From Macrostomum hystrix (lineage: Eukaryota > Animalia > Platyhelminthes), in the NCBI GenBank assembly GCA_950097015.1, contig CATNEN010000001.1:12028001-12092000 (forward strand): a stretch of DNA of 64,000 bases, read 5' to 3'. A program made the translations under genes and the position numbers. Below the pieces are notes generated by a model, which worked only from the letters and a program-made list of their open reading frames with translations, ran no database searches and was not told the origin of the DNA. This document shows, piece by piece, positions 41,788 to 53,793 of this stretch. Numbering within the stretch: the stretch's first letter is position 1; each line of letters begins with the position of its first letter.

Positions 41788-42839
41788 CGACTATTGGAAA
41801 GGAACAGGTGGCAATTGCTGTGATTTCTTTAGTTTATGCTTTAGTTTAAGGAAGAAATCAAATTGATTTACAAGTTTATAAAATCATAAGGCTAGGTCAG
41901 CTAAAAAAAGAAGTATCAGTATACATACATGCAGAATGCACAGGCAATATTTAGAGACAGAGAAGACGATACAGAGGGAGAGAAAACTAATTTGGTTAGG
42001 CAACGTACATATAGACCAAGCCTTCTCTATCTAGTCTGCTAAACAGCGAGCAGAACTACTTTGGTTTAGTTAGATTGTACTTAAAACCGATAGCCTGACA
42101 AGCACCCTTAGCTTTTAGTTGGAAAGAGAGAAAATAAGTAAATGGTCAAATCGAAATACTATTTCGGTGCGCGTACATTGGACGTAGGAGACAAGCCGAG
42201 AGATATTTAAAATCCGCTATATCAATACGAGATGCAGAGAAAGGGAGGAGAGAATAAACAGATTTTCAGTGCCAGTTTTGCGAGTTTCAATCGAGCTTCC
42301 GGTGTTTAAAAACACTACAGTGTACAAGCTGGCAAACAGGCGCACACGTACACACACAACAGCAGGACTGGCGGGCCCAACAGAAGAGTGTAATCGGAAG
42401 GGCACAATTATACTAACTGAGTTTGATTCTATTTTAAATTACTCGTAGTATTCACTTCGACTAATACCAAGCATATAAACTGTGCTGCCAACAAACTAGA
42501 AAACCTTTTCGCACAATATGATGCTCACTCAATGCGCAATAAACTGTTACATTTCTATTTTCATGACTGTTTATTCTAAGATTAGTTAATTAATAAATAT
42601 AAACCCCTAAAAAATAACAAACAAAATGCTTCAGCTATTAATGAAGTATAATGAAAATTGCATGATTAACATTTATTCATTAAAAACAGTCTAATCACTC
42701 AAAAAATCAGTAAAGCACTGCAGTATAAAGCAATATGTTAACTAGGAGCGTTACCGTTCTAATTATAAGTCAATGAGAAATTCTTATAATACAGTGAAAT
42801 TTCTATGGCGGGTAATGGGGATTCCAAATCAGGTGATAA

Positions 42840-43030
42840 TTGCAGGTGAGGCAGTGTGGGGTTTATAGATAAGGCAGGTGAGGCAGTGTGGGGTTTACCT
42901 TGATAAGGCAGGTGAGGCAGTGTGGGGCTTACCTTGATAAGGCAGGTGAGGCAGTGTGGGGTTTATAGATAAGGCAGGTGAGGCAGTGTGGGGTTTATAA
43001 ATAAGGTAGGTAATAATTGCAGGTGAGGCA
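42840..43030 (+). repeat. ~33-bp minisatellite (ataaggcaggtgaggcagtgtggggttt...)
   Basis: About 5 copies just downstream of the ZMAT5 ORF. Confidence 0.85.
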
Positions 43031-43067
43031 GCGATGGTAGCCAAATATCCGAAATGCAGCTTTCTTT

Positions 43068-43508
43068 TTACTTTCCAGTGTGATTAGCACCGATTTTATT
43101 GTTATCATTAAGATTTGTATGAGCAGCAACAGCAGCAGCAGCTACAGTACTGCCAGTACTGCCTATCTCGTTGCGCCAGTTGTCTAGAGCGGCCTGAGCC
43201 CTGCACAGCAACTGCACTGGATCCCGACTAGATTCCAATTTAGCCACCTCAGCAGTCAGCTTCAATTTATTGCGGTCTGTCAGATGTGAAAATTTACAAT
43301 TCTCCCCAAATTGACAATGTCCATTGCTAAGATAATTCCTGCAAGGCCTCTTGCCAGCGTCGCATTGTAGGATATCAGATGGAGACCGGTGCCGAGCATA
43401 GTGGGCCGCTCTGAGCTTAGCATGTACAGCACTGGACAAGTGGCTTTTGCGCTGCGAAGCATTATTAGCCAGATACTTGTCACAGTAGTCGCAGTAGTAT
43501 CTCTTGCC
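43068..43508 (-). CDS. ZMAT5: Zinc finger matrin-type protein 5 (U11/U12 snRNP 20K)
   Basis: GKRYYCDYCD...RKSHLSSAVH (matrin ZnF) plus KRPCRNYLSNGHCQFGENCKFSH (CCCH); initiator ATG not contiguous. Confidence 0.88.
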   Translation of the reverse strand, partial: GKRYYCDYCDKYLANNASQRKSHLSSAVHAKLRAAHYARHRSPSDILQCDAGKRPCRNYLSNGHCQFGENCKFSHLTDRNKLKLTAEVAKLESSRDPVQLLCRAQAALDNWRNEIGSTGSTVAAAAVAAHTNLNDNNKIGANHTGK

Positions 43509-43654
43509 CTGCAATCATTGTTTGATTGATATTGATTTTGCTTTGAAAACTTAATGAAAACTGAAATATGAGCTCATCGATAAACTAAATAACCTATTTT
43601 CTACAAGGAGAATAAATGCAAAATCATACTTGCATACCTACCTAGCCAAGGCCT

Positions 43655-43915
43655 AGGCTAGGCTGAAGGTCGGGGGTTCGATTCCCGTCTCCACTTAAAC
43701 AATTTGTGTCCTTTAGCAAGACACTTAACTCTGCATTGCTTCAGTTCACCCAGCTGTTAAATGGGTACCAGCATTAGCTGGGATAATTGAAGGTGGGTGT
43801 GGCATCCCCCCAGTCCATGGACTGAACAGCCGTACACAGCCTTCAGATGCGCCGCGCAATAGCTGCGGCTGTGCTGTTGGCTACACATCTGGCCCAATTA
43901 GGGCAGGTGTAATCA
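43655..43915 (+). mobile_element. SINE family A, best-preserved copy
   Basis: B box ggttcgattcc, then gtcctttagcaagacacttaac...cacccagctgttaaatgggtacc, resembling the conserved Deu/Nin-type SINE domain (from recall). Confidence 0.7.
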
Positions 43916-44734
43916 ATTAAATTATTATTAATTAGTATAATGACAGATTACCAACATATTTTAGATAGGTTACAGAAGTTTAGAAGCTAACTAACTAGCT
44001 GGCATACTAAATTCGAAATCAATAAATTAATAATATTAAGTTCAATGGTAGGTGTAAAAAATGTAGGCATTCTTTTGTTTTTCAATCCCTAACCATAATG
44101 ACACTTTAATTAATAGCTCATGTGTTGATTGGGGATTTTGTTATTTGTTATTTTGTTATCTCAATTTAAATTGTTGAGAAATTATTTATATTTTCTGCTA
44201 TGGCAATGGCTCAGGCTTATATCTTTAAAAAGTAAGCATTCTCAACTTCAATTTCAGTAACTAGGAATGCACCTATATATTTGGTTTGTCTTATGACCCC
44301 AACAAAATTAAGTAATTTTGTATGTCTTAATAGGAGGGATGATAGGACAAAAATTAATGGGGTGCCAGCATGCTGCTCTAAGCAAATACTTTGCTTCAGG
44401 TCTATCATCTATGAAAATTTATATGGTTGAGTCTGAGCTCTGAGGCTAAGAGATTTGAACTTCATTAATATTCACTGTTGTCTTATGGATCCCCTACACT
44501 CTAAACCACTCATTTTTTAGATTTAAATGATCTCATAGGCCTAACCTAACCTTTTGGTTTTGTATGATGATTCCCACTATACAAATTTTGAATGCTTCAC
44601 AACAGGAAAGGATTTTAACATAAAAGTGAATCTACAGCTCTGCTTCTTTGTTTTTTTCTATTTGTCTCATCGTTAATTCTGAGTGCATATCTATTCTAAT
44701 CTGTTAATTAATAATAATTTATAATAACTACAGG

Positions 44735-45110
44735 AGGGCTGTGGGCAATGACCTATAATATTTGGTATTTGGTAATACAAAACCTACAGCCAGCAAGGCG
44801 ATTCTGCCTATTTAGCTGACTCCTGAGTACACATGCACACAGATACTGTATGCAGGCACATGCTCATACAGTACAGGTGTGTACATAGTACATCTGCTCT
44901 GACTTTTTCATTGTCAGGCAGTGTACACTTGTAACACTTCACTGTGCCTTGGAGGTTTGTCCTCAAGGACATAAATTGCACAAGTCCCCATATCTTTCTC
45001 TATGGCTGCACCCCAAATAAATGTAGCATTGCTGGGGAATCAAACATAGGCCCTAAGTTACAGACAGTAGTGCAAGAGGCAAATATGTTAACTGATCTTT
45101 AACTGACACC
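44735..45110 (-). mobile_element. SINE family B, old CpG-decayed copy
   Basis: Collinear with 24211-24556 with many substitutions. Confidence 0.8.
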
Positions 45111-45751
45111 TAGTCTGGTCTGTTGCAAAATTGAGTTACAAAAAACCTGTTTGAAATGACACAAAATAAAATCTGTAGGTATACAAAAACTAAAGGCCTA
45201 ATGGTCTTTACTAGCTGCAAAAACAAGGACGACAAAATATTCAAGGTAAAAAATATAAAAGAAGCAAGTCATTGGTTCCACCACTCCAGTCCTGAGTTGA
45301 GTCCAGTACCTGGGATTCGAAAACTCATGATTGGTTTTAGCAATGGAAATTATAGTCCGCGCTTCTCTAGATAAGCAATTATAACACGCGTTTTTTCAGA
45401 GACAATTTTATTGCATTTTTTGTTAGGGGCCTACTAAATTGACCAACCAAAATGACTCGTATAGCGTTTGACTAGGCCTATATTGTTATTATACCTTCCG
45501 TAGAAACTGCGTCAAGTTTTCAAAATTTATCGCGTTTTGTTATTTTAAATTGGAAATAAAAGACGACTGTCGCTTGGCCTGTAGTTGAGCAGCATGCTTG
45601 TAGCCAGCAAGATTTTCTACATGGTAAATTATCTTACGAGTTGTGAAACTTTGTTTTTGGCAGGTGTGCTTTTGTCGTCGTATACAATGTATACTTAACT
45701 GTTACTGAAGCAATGTTCTGATTTTTTAATATTGCTTTAAATAATTAAAGT

Positions 45752-46153
45752 TTGGTTGACACTGGGTGTTCACAGTCGCTGATGTCGAGTTCCCTGTTTC
45801 GTAAGCTGAATGAGAAACTCTTGCCGTTGGCGACTCCCGTGTATCTGAATCTGGCAGACGGCAACTATTTGGCAGCCTGTGGTTGGCAGGAAGTGCACCT
45901 GAGTTCCGGTGTTGCGACTGTTCGGCAGGAGGTGTTGATCGTCAACAATCTGGCGAAGGATTTTTTGTTGGGTGCAGATTTCCTGAGAATTTGTGGCTGC
46001 ATCATCGACTGCAATCGTCAAAAGCTCAGTGTGTGCGGTCAGCTAGTAAAAATGGAATCTTCAGCACAAGGGAGTGGTGCATTTGCCGTTGAAGTGGCGG
46101 ACCGTACAACTGTGTACCCGCTGGTTATGAAATCGTGTTTCCTGCGAGACTGA
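45752..46153 (+). pseudogene. Ty3/Gypsy aspartic protease remnant
   Basis: LVDTGCSQSLM and FLLGADFL motifs. Confidence 0.85.
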
Positions 46154-46499
46154 CGACTGGGTCAGTGACTGCTGTTAATGATGAGTGCGGAATCTTTGAG
46201 CCCGACAATTCAAAGGAAATCTCGAATGTCCTGTGTGAAGTAAGCGCGCAGGCTCTCTGTGGACGGACTCATTGCTGTACACTATTGAAGTGTTACAATT
46301 TAACCCATGCGATTCACATCTATACACGCTTATGGAAATCAAAGAATATTCAGTTTTTCCTCCAATGTGAAAATGCGTTTGCAAGAGCTTTGGATTCGCT
46401 TAGCAAGATAGAACAGAGGCGAATCTAAAATATTTCACTATCATGTCAACACGGACACTAATTAAGCCTCATACATTTTACCCCGGAACCAAACTGGGG

Positions 46500-47275
46500 A
46501 GTTTCGAGCCGATGGAGACGGAGTCGCAAGGCCTTCCCACTGCCATCCCAAGACGCTGAGACTACTACAGCCCGCACATTTGTCAACGAGTGGGTGGCTT
46601 GCTTCGGAGTTCCGCTGTCAGTGAACACGGACCAGGGCCGGAACTGGGAGTCGCAGTTGTTTAAAGAGACGATGCGGATGCTGCAGATCGACAAAACGCG
46701 GACGACAGGTTATCACCACTGAAGGAGATGGCGGCTGCGAACGGATGAACCAGACGCTGGTGCAGCTGCTGCGAGCCTGGGTTGAACGAGAACCAATGAG
46801 ACTGGGACCTTCATCTACAGATTGCACTCATGGGCTACCGCACTTCAGTGCACAAGTCAACTGGTCAGACACCCTCGGTGATGCATCTCGGCCGGGAACT
46901 GTGGCTGCCGCTGGAATTGGCTTACGGAGGTCTGGCGCCTGACGACCGCCGCCCGTGCGAGTGGGTGGCCGAACTGCGGACCCGCATTCAGACGTCGCAC
47001 GAGAGGGCGAGGCAAAGCCTGGAGACAGCGCAGCTGCACCAGAAGGTGAAAATACGACAAGCGGTGCCACGGCGAAGCTTTCAGCGAGGGCGATCTGGTC
47101 TGGCTAACACAATCCAGCACTCAAGCAAGGTGATCGTGCCGCAAATTTCACTGCTGATGGACCGGGCCATTCGTATTAAAAAAATTTCGGAGGTCATCTA
47201 CCGCATTCAGCTCGAGACCAACGCGCGGAAGAAGCGGATCGTGCACTTCAATCGCCTGAAGCCGTGCAAGGCGGC
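46500..47275 (+). pseudogene. Ty3/Gypsy integrase remnant, frameshifted
   Basis: FGVPLSVNTDQGRNWES, ERMNQTL, YRTSVHKSTGQTP, IVHFNRLKP. Confidence 0.88.
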
Positions 47276-49795
47276 CAGTCCAATCGGCGCCCCATGCCGT
47301 CGGCGTCGAATTGCGTCGTAGTGAAAGGACCCGTGCTCCTCCAGAGTTTTTTCGGTGAAGTTTATAACCATTGAAAATTATTTCTTATTTTTTGCAGACA
47401 CTACTGTCAGGTCAGTTAAAAAATAATTTTTTTCATTTCATCTTCCTTTTTATTATTTCCATGAAGTTACTGTTGCAACAATAATTTAAAAAATTGTTTA
47501 CAAAATACCAGTTTTTTACTAAATAAGAAGCTCGAATATTGTAAAAATGAATGGAACACTTTATTTCGCAGAGGAGATTGTAAGATTGTTGACTACATGT
47601 TTGCATGCTGTACAATGTACATTATAATCGTTAAAATATAAGCGAGTGAGTTGACGCCTTAACTGGCGAGAATGTGGTCTGCGCAAGGACAACTTAATAA
47701 CTCTTAAGTTGTTATTAAGTTATTAAGTTTAGTTATTAAGTTGTCCTTGTGTAACACTCGAGGACTCGATTGCAGAAGTAAGGAAGACCAAGGCTGGACT
47801 TAATAGTGTTGCGGCGATGGACTCTCGTGATATTATTAAGATAACGGCCCCAACTCGAATATGGACTATTGTATTTATTTGACTGCCTAGCAAAATAGTA
47901 TTAACAGTCTCTGATGATGCGATTCAGCAGCTCCACTTTTAGCGCTATTACTACGCTGCGTCCAAAACCACTGTCCAAAACGTGCTGTCCCGTTACGTGG
48001 CGCATGAAAACACATCAGCTTTTAAATAGGGCGCGCAGATACATTAAATCACAAATGTAGTATACGACAAACTTGCGACAGACGACAGACGACAGACGAC
48101 AGACTTTCAATGCTGCATAAATAATGAATAATATATGTACTGTTATAGATTTAATATAGATAAATAGGAGACATTACACATTAATATACTTCACTAGGAA
48201 TACATGTTTTTTTAAGTTTTCTATTTTTTGTAAGGCTTCCCCTGTAGGCCTACTGTAGTTCAATAAACCGTACGTGAGACCGAATAATGTTCACAATAAA
48301 ATATAAATATCCAGGATAACCATTTTACATTAAAGTGTGACAGTCTCTTAATCCACATTCCTTTGAGTTCTGTTGTGAAGTTATGTTTTCTGACTTAAAA
48401 GTTGCAGTCAGGCTACACTTTATTCTCTTACCATAGGCCTATATGTATGTTTTACCCCTCTGCTTGTCACCCACCGAATTTGTGACTAGGCCTATGTTAT
48501 ATTTGTCAATAAGATTAGCTATGTCCTTTGTTTGAGTGTTTTGATACTCGGAGACCACAGCTTCAACCAAATAGAATGCTTTTTAAAGACTGCTGGCTTT
48601 CATGCAATGAGCAAGCTGGGCAAGCAATTTATTTTGTTTTTATTTTTACTTTGAAGTTCTCATTGAAACAACAGCCTGAGTAAGCAGGTGTCGGAGACTC
48701 TCAGTGACATTTAGAATTTCAGCTATGAGATAGGGGCCTATAATGAAAAAAATGGCCTTTTGCTAATCTAATCTTCTGTTGAAAATACAATTGTGAAGTT
48801 TATGATGTCTTAATGACAACAAAGTAGGCCTAATGGCTAGGCCTATGCTTGCCAGTTGATTCAGTTTTTAACATAAAATTTAGACTTTTTATTTAAAAGT
48901 TTTTTATCAAGTCTTTGATGAAGTCCATGAGGAAGTGTGTTTCCTGAGCTTTGCCACAGAGTGGCCACTGCAGTGAATGCAGTGATTTTGGGGGTGGCAG
49001 TCAGGCCCAGGATGGATGCCGACTTTGGACACAGTGTTGTAGGCTGCGGTGGTGTTGGAGGCCACTTTGATTCAAGGTAGCCGCATGGGGATTTCATTGC
49101 AATTGTTCTTCAAACAGATGAAGCAGTTCTCTTCAGCTAAGTTCTTTAGAAAGAGTATGCTGTATGCTGTATGCTAGACGCAATTGCCAATGTCCTTCAA
49201 TGTTGGAGAGAATGGCAGGAGTTGCAGTTAAACCTTTTAAATTTCAGAGTTAATCAGTAACTAGCACAGCTTAATTAAAGTAGCAGCTTAAAATAGTTTT
49301 TATTCTTCTTATCTTTATCCATTTTTCCAAGTATTAGGCCCTAATATAGCACACTTTGTAGGGCCCTTCAGCTACATAATAATTCATTATATAGACCTAT
49401 TGCTATAGTTATAAACAGACCTTATGGCTCAGACCATAGTAGAAAGATATATTGCATTTAGCTAGCTCCTAGCAAAAATCTAGCTAAAAAGCATGTTCAG
49501 CTAGACATGAGCTAGAATGTCTTCCTAAGGTAATGTATCATCAACCAAACAGTGTACCATCAAAACCAAACAAGAATTTTGACTCCTTCCTTGGTCTCGT
49601 GCAAGACAGAAACAAGCTATTGTGTTTCACAGAACAACTAATTTGAAAGTCGAAGAAATAATCTACAAGCTGAGGTATGACATGCAATGGAGCATTAAAA
49701 GAAAAGAAAGATATGCACTTTTCTGAGAATTTTTATTGCAAAAGCATACTTTTTAAAAGATTTTTTCAGCATGTACTTTAGACTAAGATTGTATG

Positions 49796-50076
49796 CATAC
49801 ATGCGCAACCTCCCAAATCTTAGCCGGCCGTGCGACTTAGTTTTTGCTCTCATTTGCGACTTAGTTCATTTCATTGCTCTATTTACGACTTAGTTTGCTC
49901 TCATTTGCTCTCTTTTTCTCTCCCCTTTTTCCTTTTCTTCACGCCTTCCTTTTTTGTCCCTTGGTCCCCCCTTTGATTTTTTTGCGCTTGGTCAATTGGT
50001 TTTTGCGACTTACCTTGCTTGGCCCTCGTTTCACCCGGCCGGTTCGGCCGGGTCGGCCGGGTGTTGCGCATGTATG
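49796..50076. mobile_element. hAT-type MITE
   Basis: TIR catacatgcgcaac / gttgcgcatgtatg; 8-bp TSD attgtatg at 49788-49795 and 50077-50084; internal tgcgactta repeats. Confidence 0.9.
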
Positions 50077-50350
50077 ATTGTATGTGGTTGCTTTTCAATT
50101 AAAAAATGACCATAAATGTAGTTATTTTTAGAGCATGAAAAATGCTTTCAAAGGCCATAATTTGTGATAGTTCACTCCTTAAAATAAGATTAAACCACTT
50201 ACTCAAATTGAAAACCCAAACATCAAATTCTCTGTTTGGTTTGAAGATACATGAAAATCATTGTTCGGTTTTAGATAGAAAACACAAATAACTTTTTATT
50301 TTTCACAAAATAGCAAAAGCAGATACTTTTTAGAAAGATATAACAGTTTT

Positions 50351-52034
50351 CTATAACTTGGCTTTTGATTTATCATCATATCTTAAATAGAAAATCTGTA
50401 GCTTAGGTTTGAAGTTAAAAAAATACACATTCTTTTTGCGGTTGCCATTTTTCCAGCAAACCCAATATCTCTTTGATGGTCTTTCCTGATTTCCAGTCGC
50501 TGCGAGGCGTTGAGAAAAATGGCCATTGTTTGGCTGTGGTTGTCCATTCACAGGAGCAGCGCGCTTCTTCCAGGACCCGACCTGGTCATCAGATGGCGCA
50601 CGGAAGTTCGGAGGAAGGGCAGGAATGTCGCAGATCCACCAGCTTTGACGTAAACTATCCAAGAGTTATGTACGTACTGGAGCAGCAAGTGGAAGCGAGG
50701 CGATGGAACCATCGGTAGGTCTTTCTGCAGGCCAAATATGGCTGGAGCGAACCATCAAGCCTATCCACTCTGCCCATGCCTTTTGAGTACACAACAGCAG
50801 CCGTGGGTTTCGTGACCACCTGCTCGCCACCGCGCCTGATCCTTGTGACTTCAGTGGTGTTAGCAGCGCTCCTGGTGTCGATAAGACTAACTGTCTTCGT
50901 ACCACGCTGCTTTCGGTCAACAAGCTTCATGGCAAGAAGTCCGCCTTTTCTAGCAAATGCACAGGAGTTTGCTGGAAGCGTCACTTGCCTAAGGCAATCC
51001 GGAATCCCGCGGTCCTGACGAACTGTGCCTGTCAAGAAGGTGGACTTTGACAGGAAGAACTCGGCCAGCCGCGCTGAAGAAAACTAACTGTCAGTAAACA
51101 GATGGTAGCCTAGTCCGAACAGGCGGCAACTTAGCTCTGCTACAATTCTTTCGCTGATAGAAAGATGATTGCAATCGATTCCTTGGCCGAACTTTGCATT
51201 CTCAACATCAGTACTATGGGCAAGAAAGTTCCAAATGTACCCTGTCTTTGATTCACAAAGGCAGTACATCTTAATTCCAAATCGGTTGCGCTTGCTGGGG
51301 ATGTACTGACGGAAAAGCAGACGTCCCTTGTACATTACATGTGACTCGTCAATGCAGATGTGCTGTTCTGGCAAGTAGACTTTGTTCATCATCAGCTTCT
51401 GCAAAATATCCAAAAAGGTCTTATTTTTCGAAGAGGGTCGTTCTGGCCAACGTCCTCGGTACAGTCGTAGAAGCGGAAAAATGCAGTATCTGCTTGTATC
51501 GATCTCGAGACAGACTTGTAGGCTGCTGCATGAACGGGCATTGATCGAACGGGCAGTAGACCAGTATTAATGAAGTTCAGGCTTCCGGTTCAGTCCCATA
51601 AAAATATTCGTCGCCAGAACTTTTCTAACCTCACTTGGCGTACAATTCTTCCAACTCTTTAAGATGGTGGGTACCGTCTTTCCTTCAGCCTGAATGCTTT
51701 CGAATTCGAACCAAGCTCTGTTGTTTGTCCATTCGCATGATCTGTTAGGAAAATATTGACAAGCCAATCAACGTTGTCATCCGGATGGATTGATTCTGGA
51801 TCGAATCTTAATCTGGATGAAATCTGGATGGATTCCAGATGTGCCTATGAATTCAATACCAGGATCTGGAACCTCATCAGCTCCCGGAATTACACGTTGC
51901 CACCCATCTCCAACATCGCTCGCTGACTCACTTTCAGACTCGGTCCCTGAATCAGACGTGTCACTGGAGGCCGATGTATCCTCATCATCTGACATTATTT
52001 GGTTAAAACATTCTTCTTCGTTGAAAGTAGCCAT
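50351..52034 (-). pseudogene. piggyBac transposase (PGBD4-like), disrupted
   Basis: ICIDES...FRQYIPSKRNRFGIK...TGY, LFTD, YSKGMGRVDRLD; acidic N-terminus; several stops and frameshifts. Confidence 0.9.
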
Positions 52035-52289
52035 CTTCCTTAGGGTATTAAAACTGGTATCATTTAAGTAGATCTGATTTGTAATGTAAAACGAAGAAGT
52101 TTTCCTCTAATCCACCCTGTCCTGAAAGTCACTGAACTAAATAGTCAATGGTAAGATTCTATGTCCAAATTCTATATTCTATAATTCTTGATTCTATATC
52201 ATGAAGGAAAAATATTTTATTGATTTAAAATTACCGCCTGGAGCTGTGGGCAAAACCAACCACACTTTCCCATAGACAAAGTTTCAGAT

Positions 52290-53000
52290 GTCTCATGGGC
52301 CTGCAGAGCATCCCCTTGGAGCACGCCAGAGCTGGTGTCAAACTTGTCCGTGTGATCGTCGCTCGAATCCACGTAAGCCTTGGAGTTGGTGTAGAGGTGC
52401 ATCGCTGCTTTCACCAGGATGTCGGGGACGCCGTAATGAAACAAAAGCCACGCAATTGCTGCTCGGCAGACAGAGTCGAAGGCTTTGCGAAAGTCAATGA
52501 AGACGATGAACGCGTTTCGCAGGCGCGTCTTGCAGGCCTCTACAATGCACCGAATGGACGCGATCTGCTCCGTGGTGGATCTTCCTGGTCTGAAGCCGCT
52601 TTGAAGTTCTAGTAGCATGGGGTTCAGGACGGGGAGGAGCCAATTGCGCAGCACAGTGTTCATCAGCTTCGGTAAAGTGCACTCCAGTGCGATGCCGCGC
52701 TGATTGTCCAGGCTGGTGGAGGCGCCCTTCTTCGGGATCGAAACAATCCTAGACGTGCGCCAGAGCGGAGCGGCGGTGGCAGATTCGTCGCCTCCGAGGC
52801 AGCAGTGTAGGTTAAGGATGTCTGTGATGCTCACAGTCAGCTCTCGCATCTTTAGCACCCTATGAGGCACCCCTTCAGCTCCAGAGGCGGCGTCAGCGCG
52901 CGTGCTCTTCAGCGCCTTGCTAACTTCCGTGACAGTGATGGGGCCCGTGCAGAAATCACCAGGCTGTGCAGGAGTGAAGTCGGAGGAGGCAGAGGCTAAG
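52290..53000 (-). pseudogene. Non-LTR reverse transcriptase fragment (RTE-like)
   Basis: IPKKG, RGIAL, QSGFRPGRSTTEQI, FIDFRKAFDSV, GVLQGDAL; truncated before the YADD motif. Confidence 0.88.
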
Positions 53001-53793
53001 TTAGTTTCGGGACTTAGCCAGAACTGAGCTTGTGAGCAGTCACAGAGACTGAAGCGGGGAACTTGGACACTGATGGCACCATATAGCGGAGACTCTTAGG
53101 AGAAATCAAAAGCAAGATAATAAAGGGAAACTTCCAACAACCATTGAGGACCGAAGGAGCGGAGCTTCTCTTATAGAATTAATAGAATAATTAATAGAAT
53201 TAATAGAATAAAATAATTTGAGCCTTCTCACATTGCTGAGAGGAGCAGAAATATATAAAACTATTTGGTGGTCATTAACTCTTGGAATATGTGGTGGGGT
53301 CAAGATGTTTCTATGCTGTAAGTTGTATACTAATGTGAGCAAATGTCATGACATAATTAGAATGCAAGGCAGTGAAACGGATTGCTTAAAACATTAAAAC
53401 CAGTTAAAGCTGCCTGCTTTACTCGCCCATAAAATTGGTTGGCATTGTCTAGCCAAATTTTGTGATAGACTACCTAATAGACTAGCTTTTGAAAAAGATA
53501 GAAAAACATTTATAAAAAGCAGAAAACACAAACACAAAATTATAGAAATGGGTTCAGGGAAGAAAAAAGCAGGGCAGGCAGGACGGCAGTTTTATTGGTA
53601 AGTATTAAAGTCTATTTCACACATATATGTCAACAAAGTAATGGGGGCTATAGGAAGAACATTATGCATTTTGCTGCTTTAGAAATCACAAGGAATCAAA
53701 GACTTTGTGATATTGAAACGTTTTTATCACTCTGCACCTATCAATTTCAGCAAACATAACTTTCAAAGCACTAACTAAATAATTAAATAAAAG

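Noticed and set aside
52030-52060. piggyBac terminal repeat/TTAA boundary
   Set aside because: No matching inverted partner could be identified at the other end.
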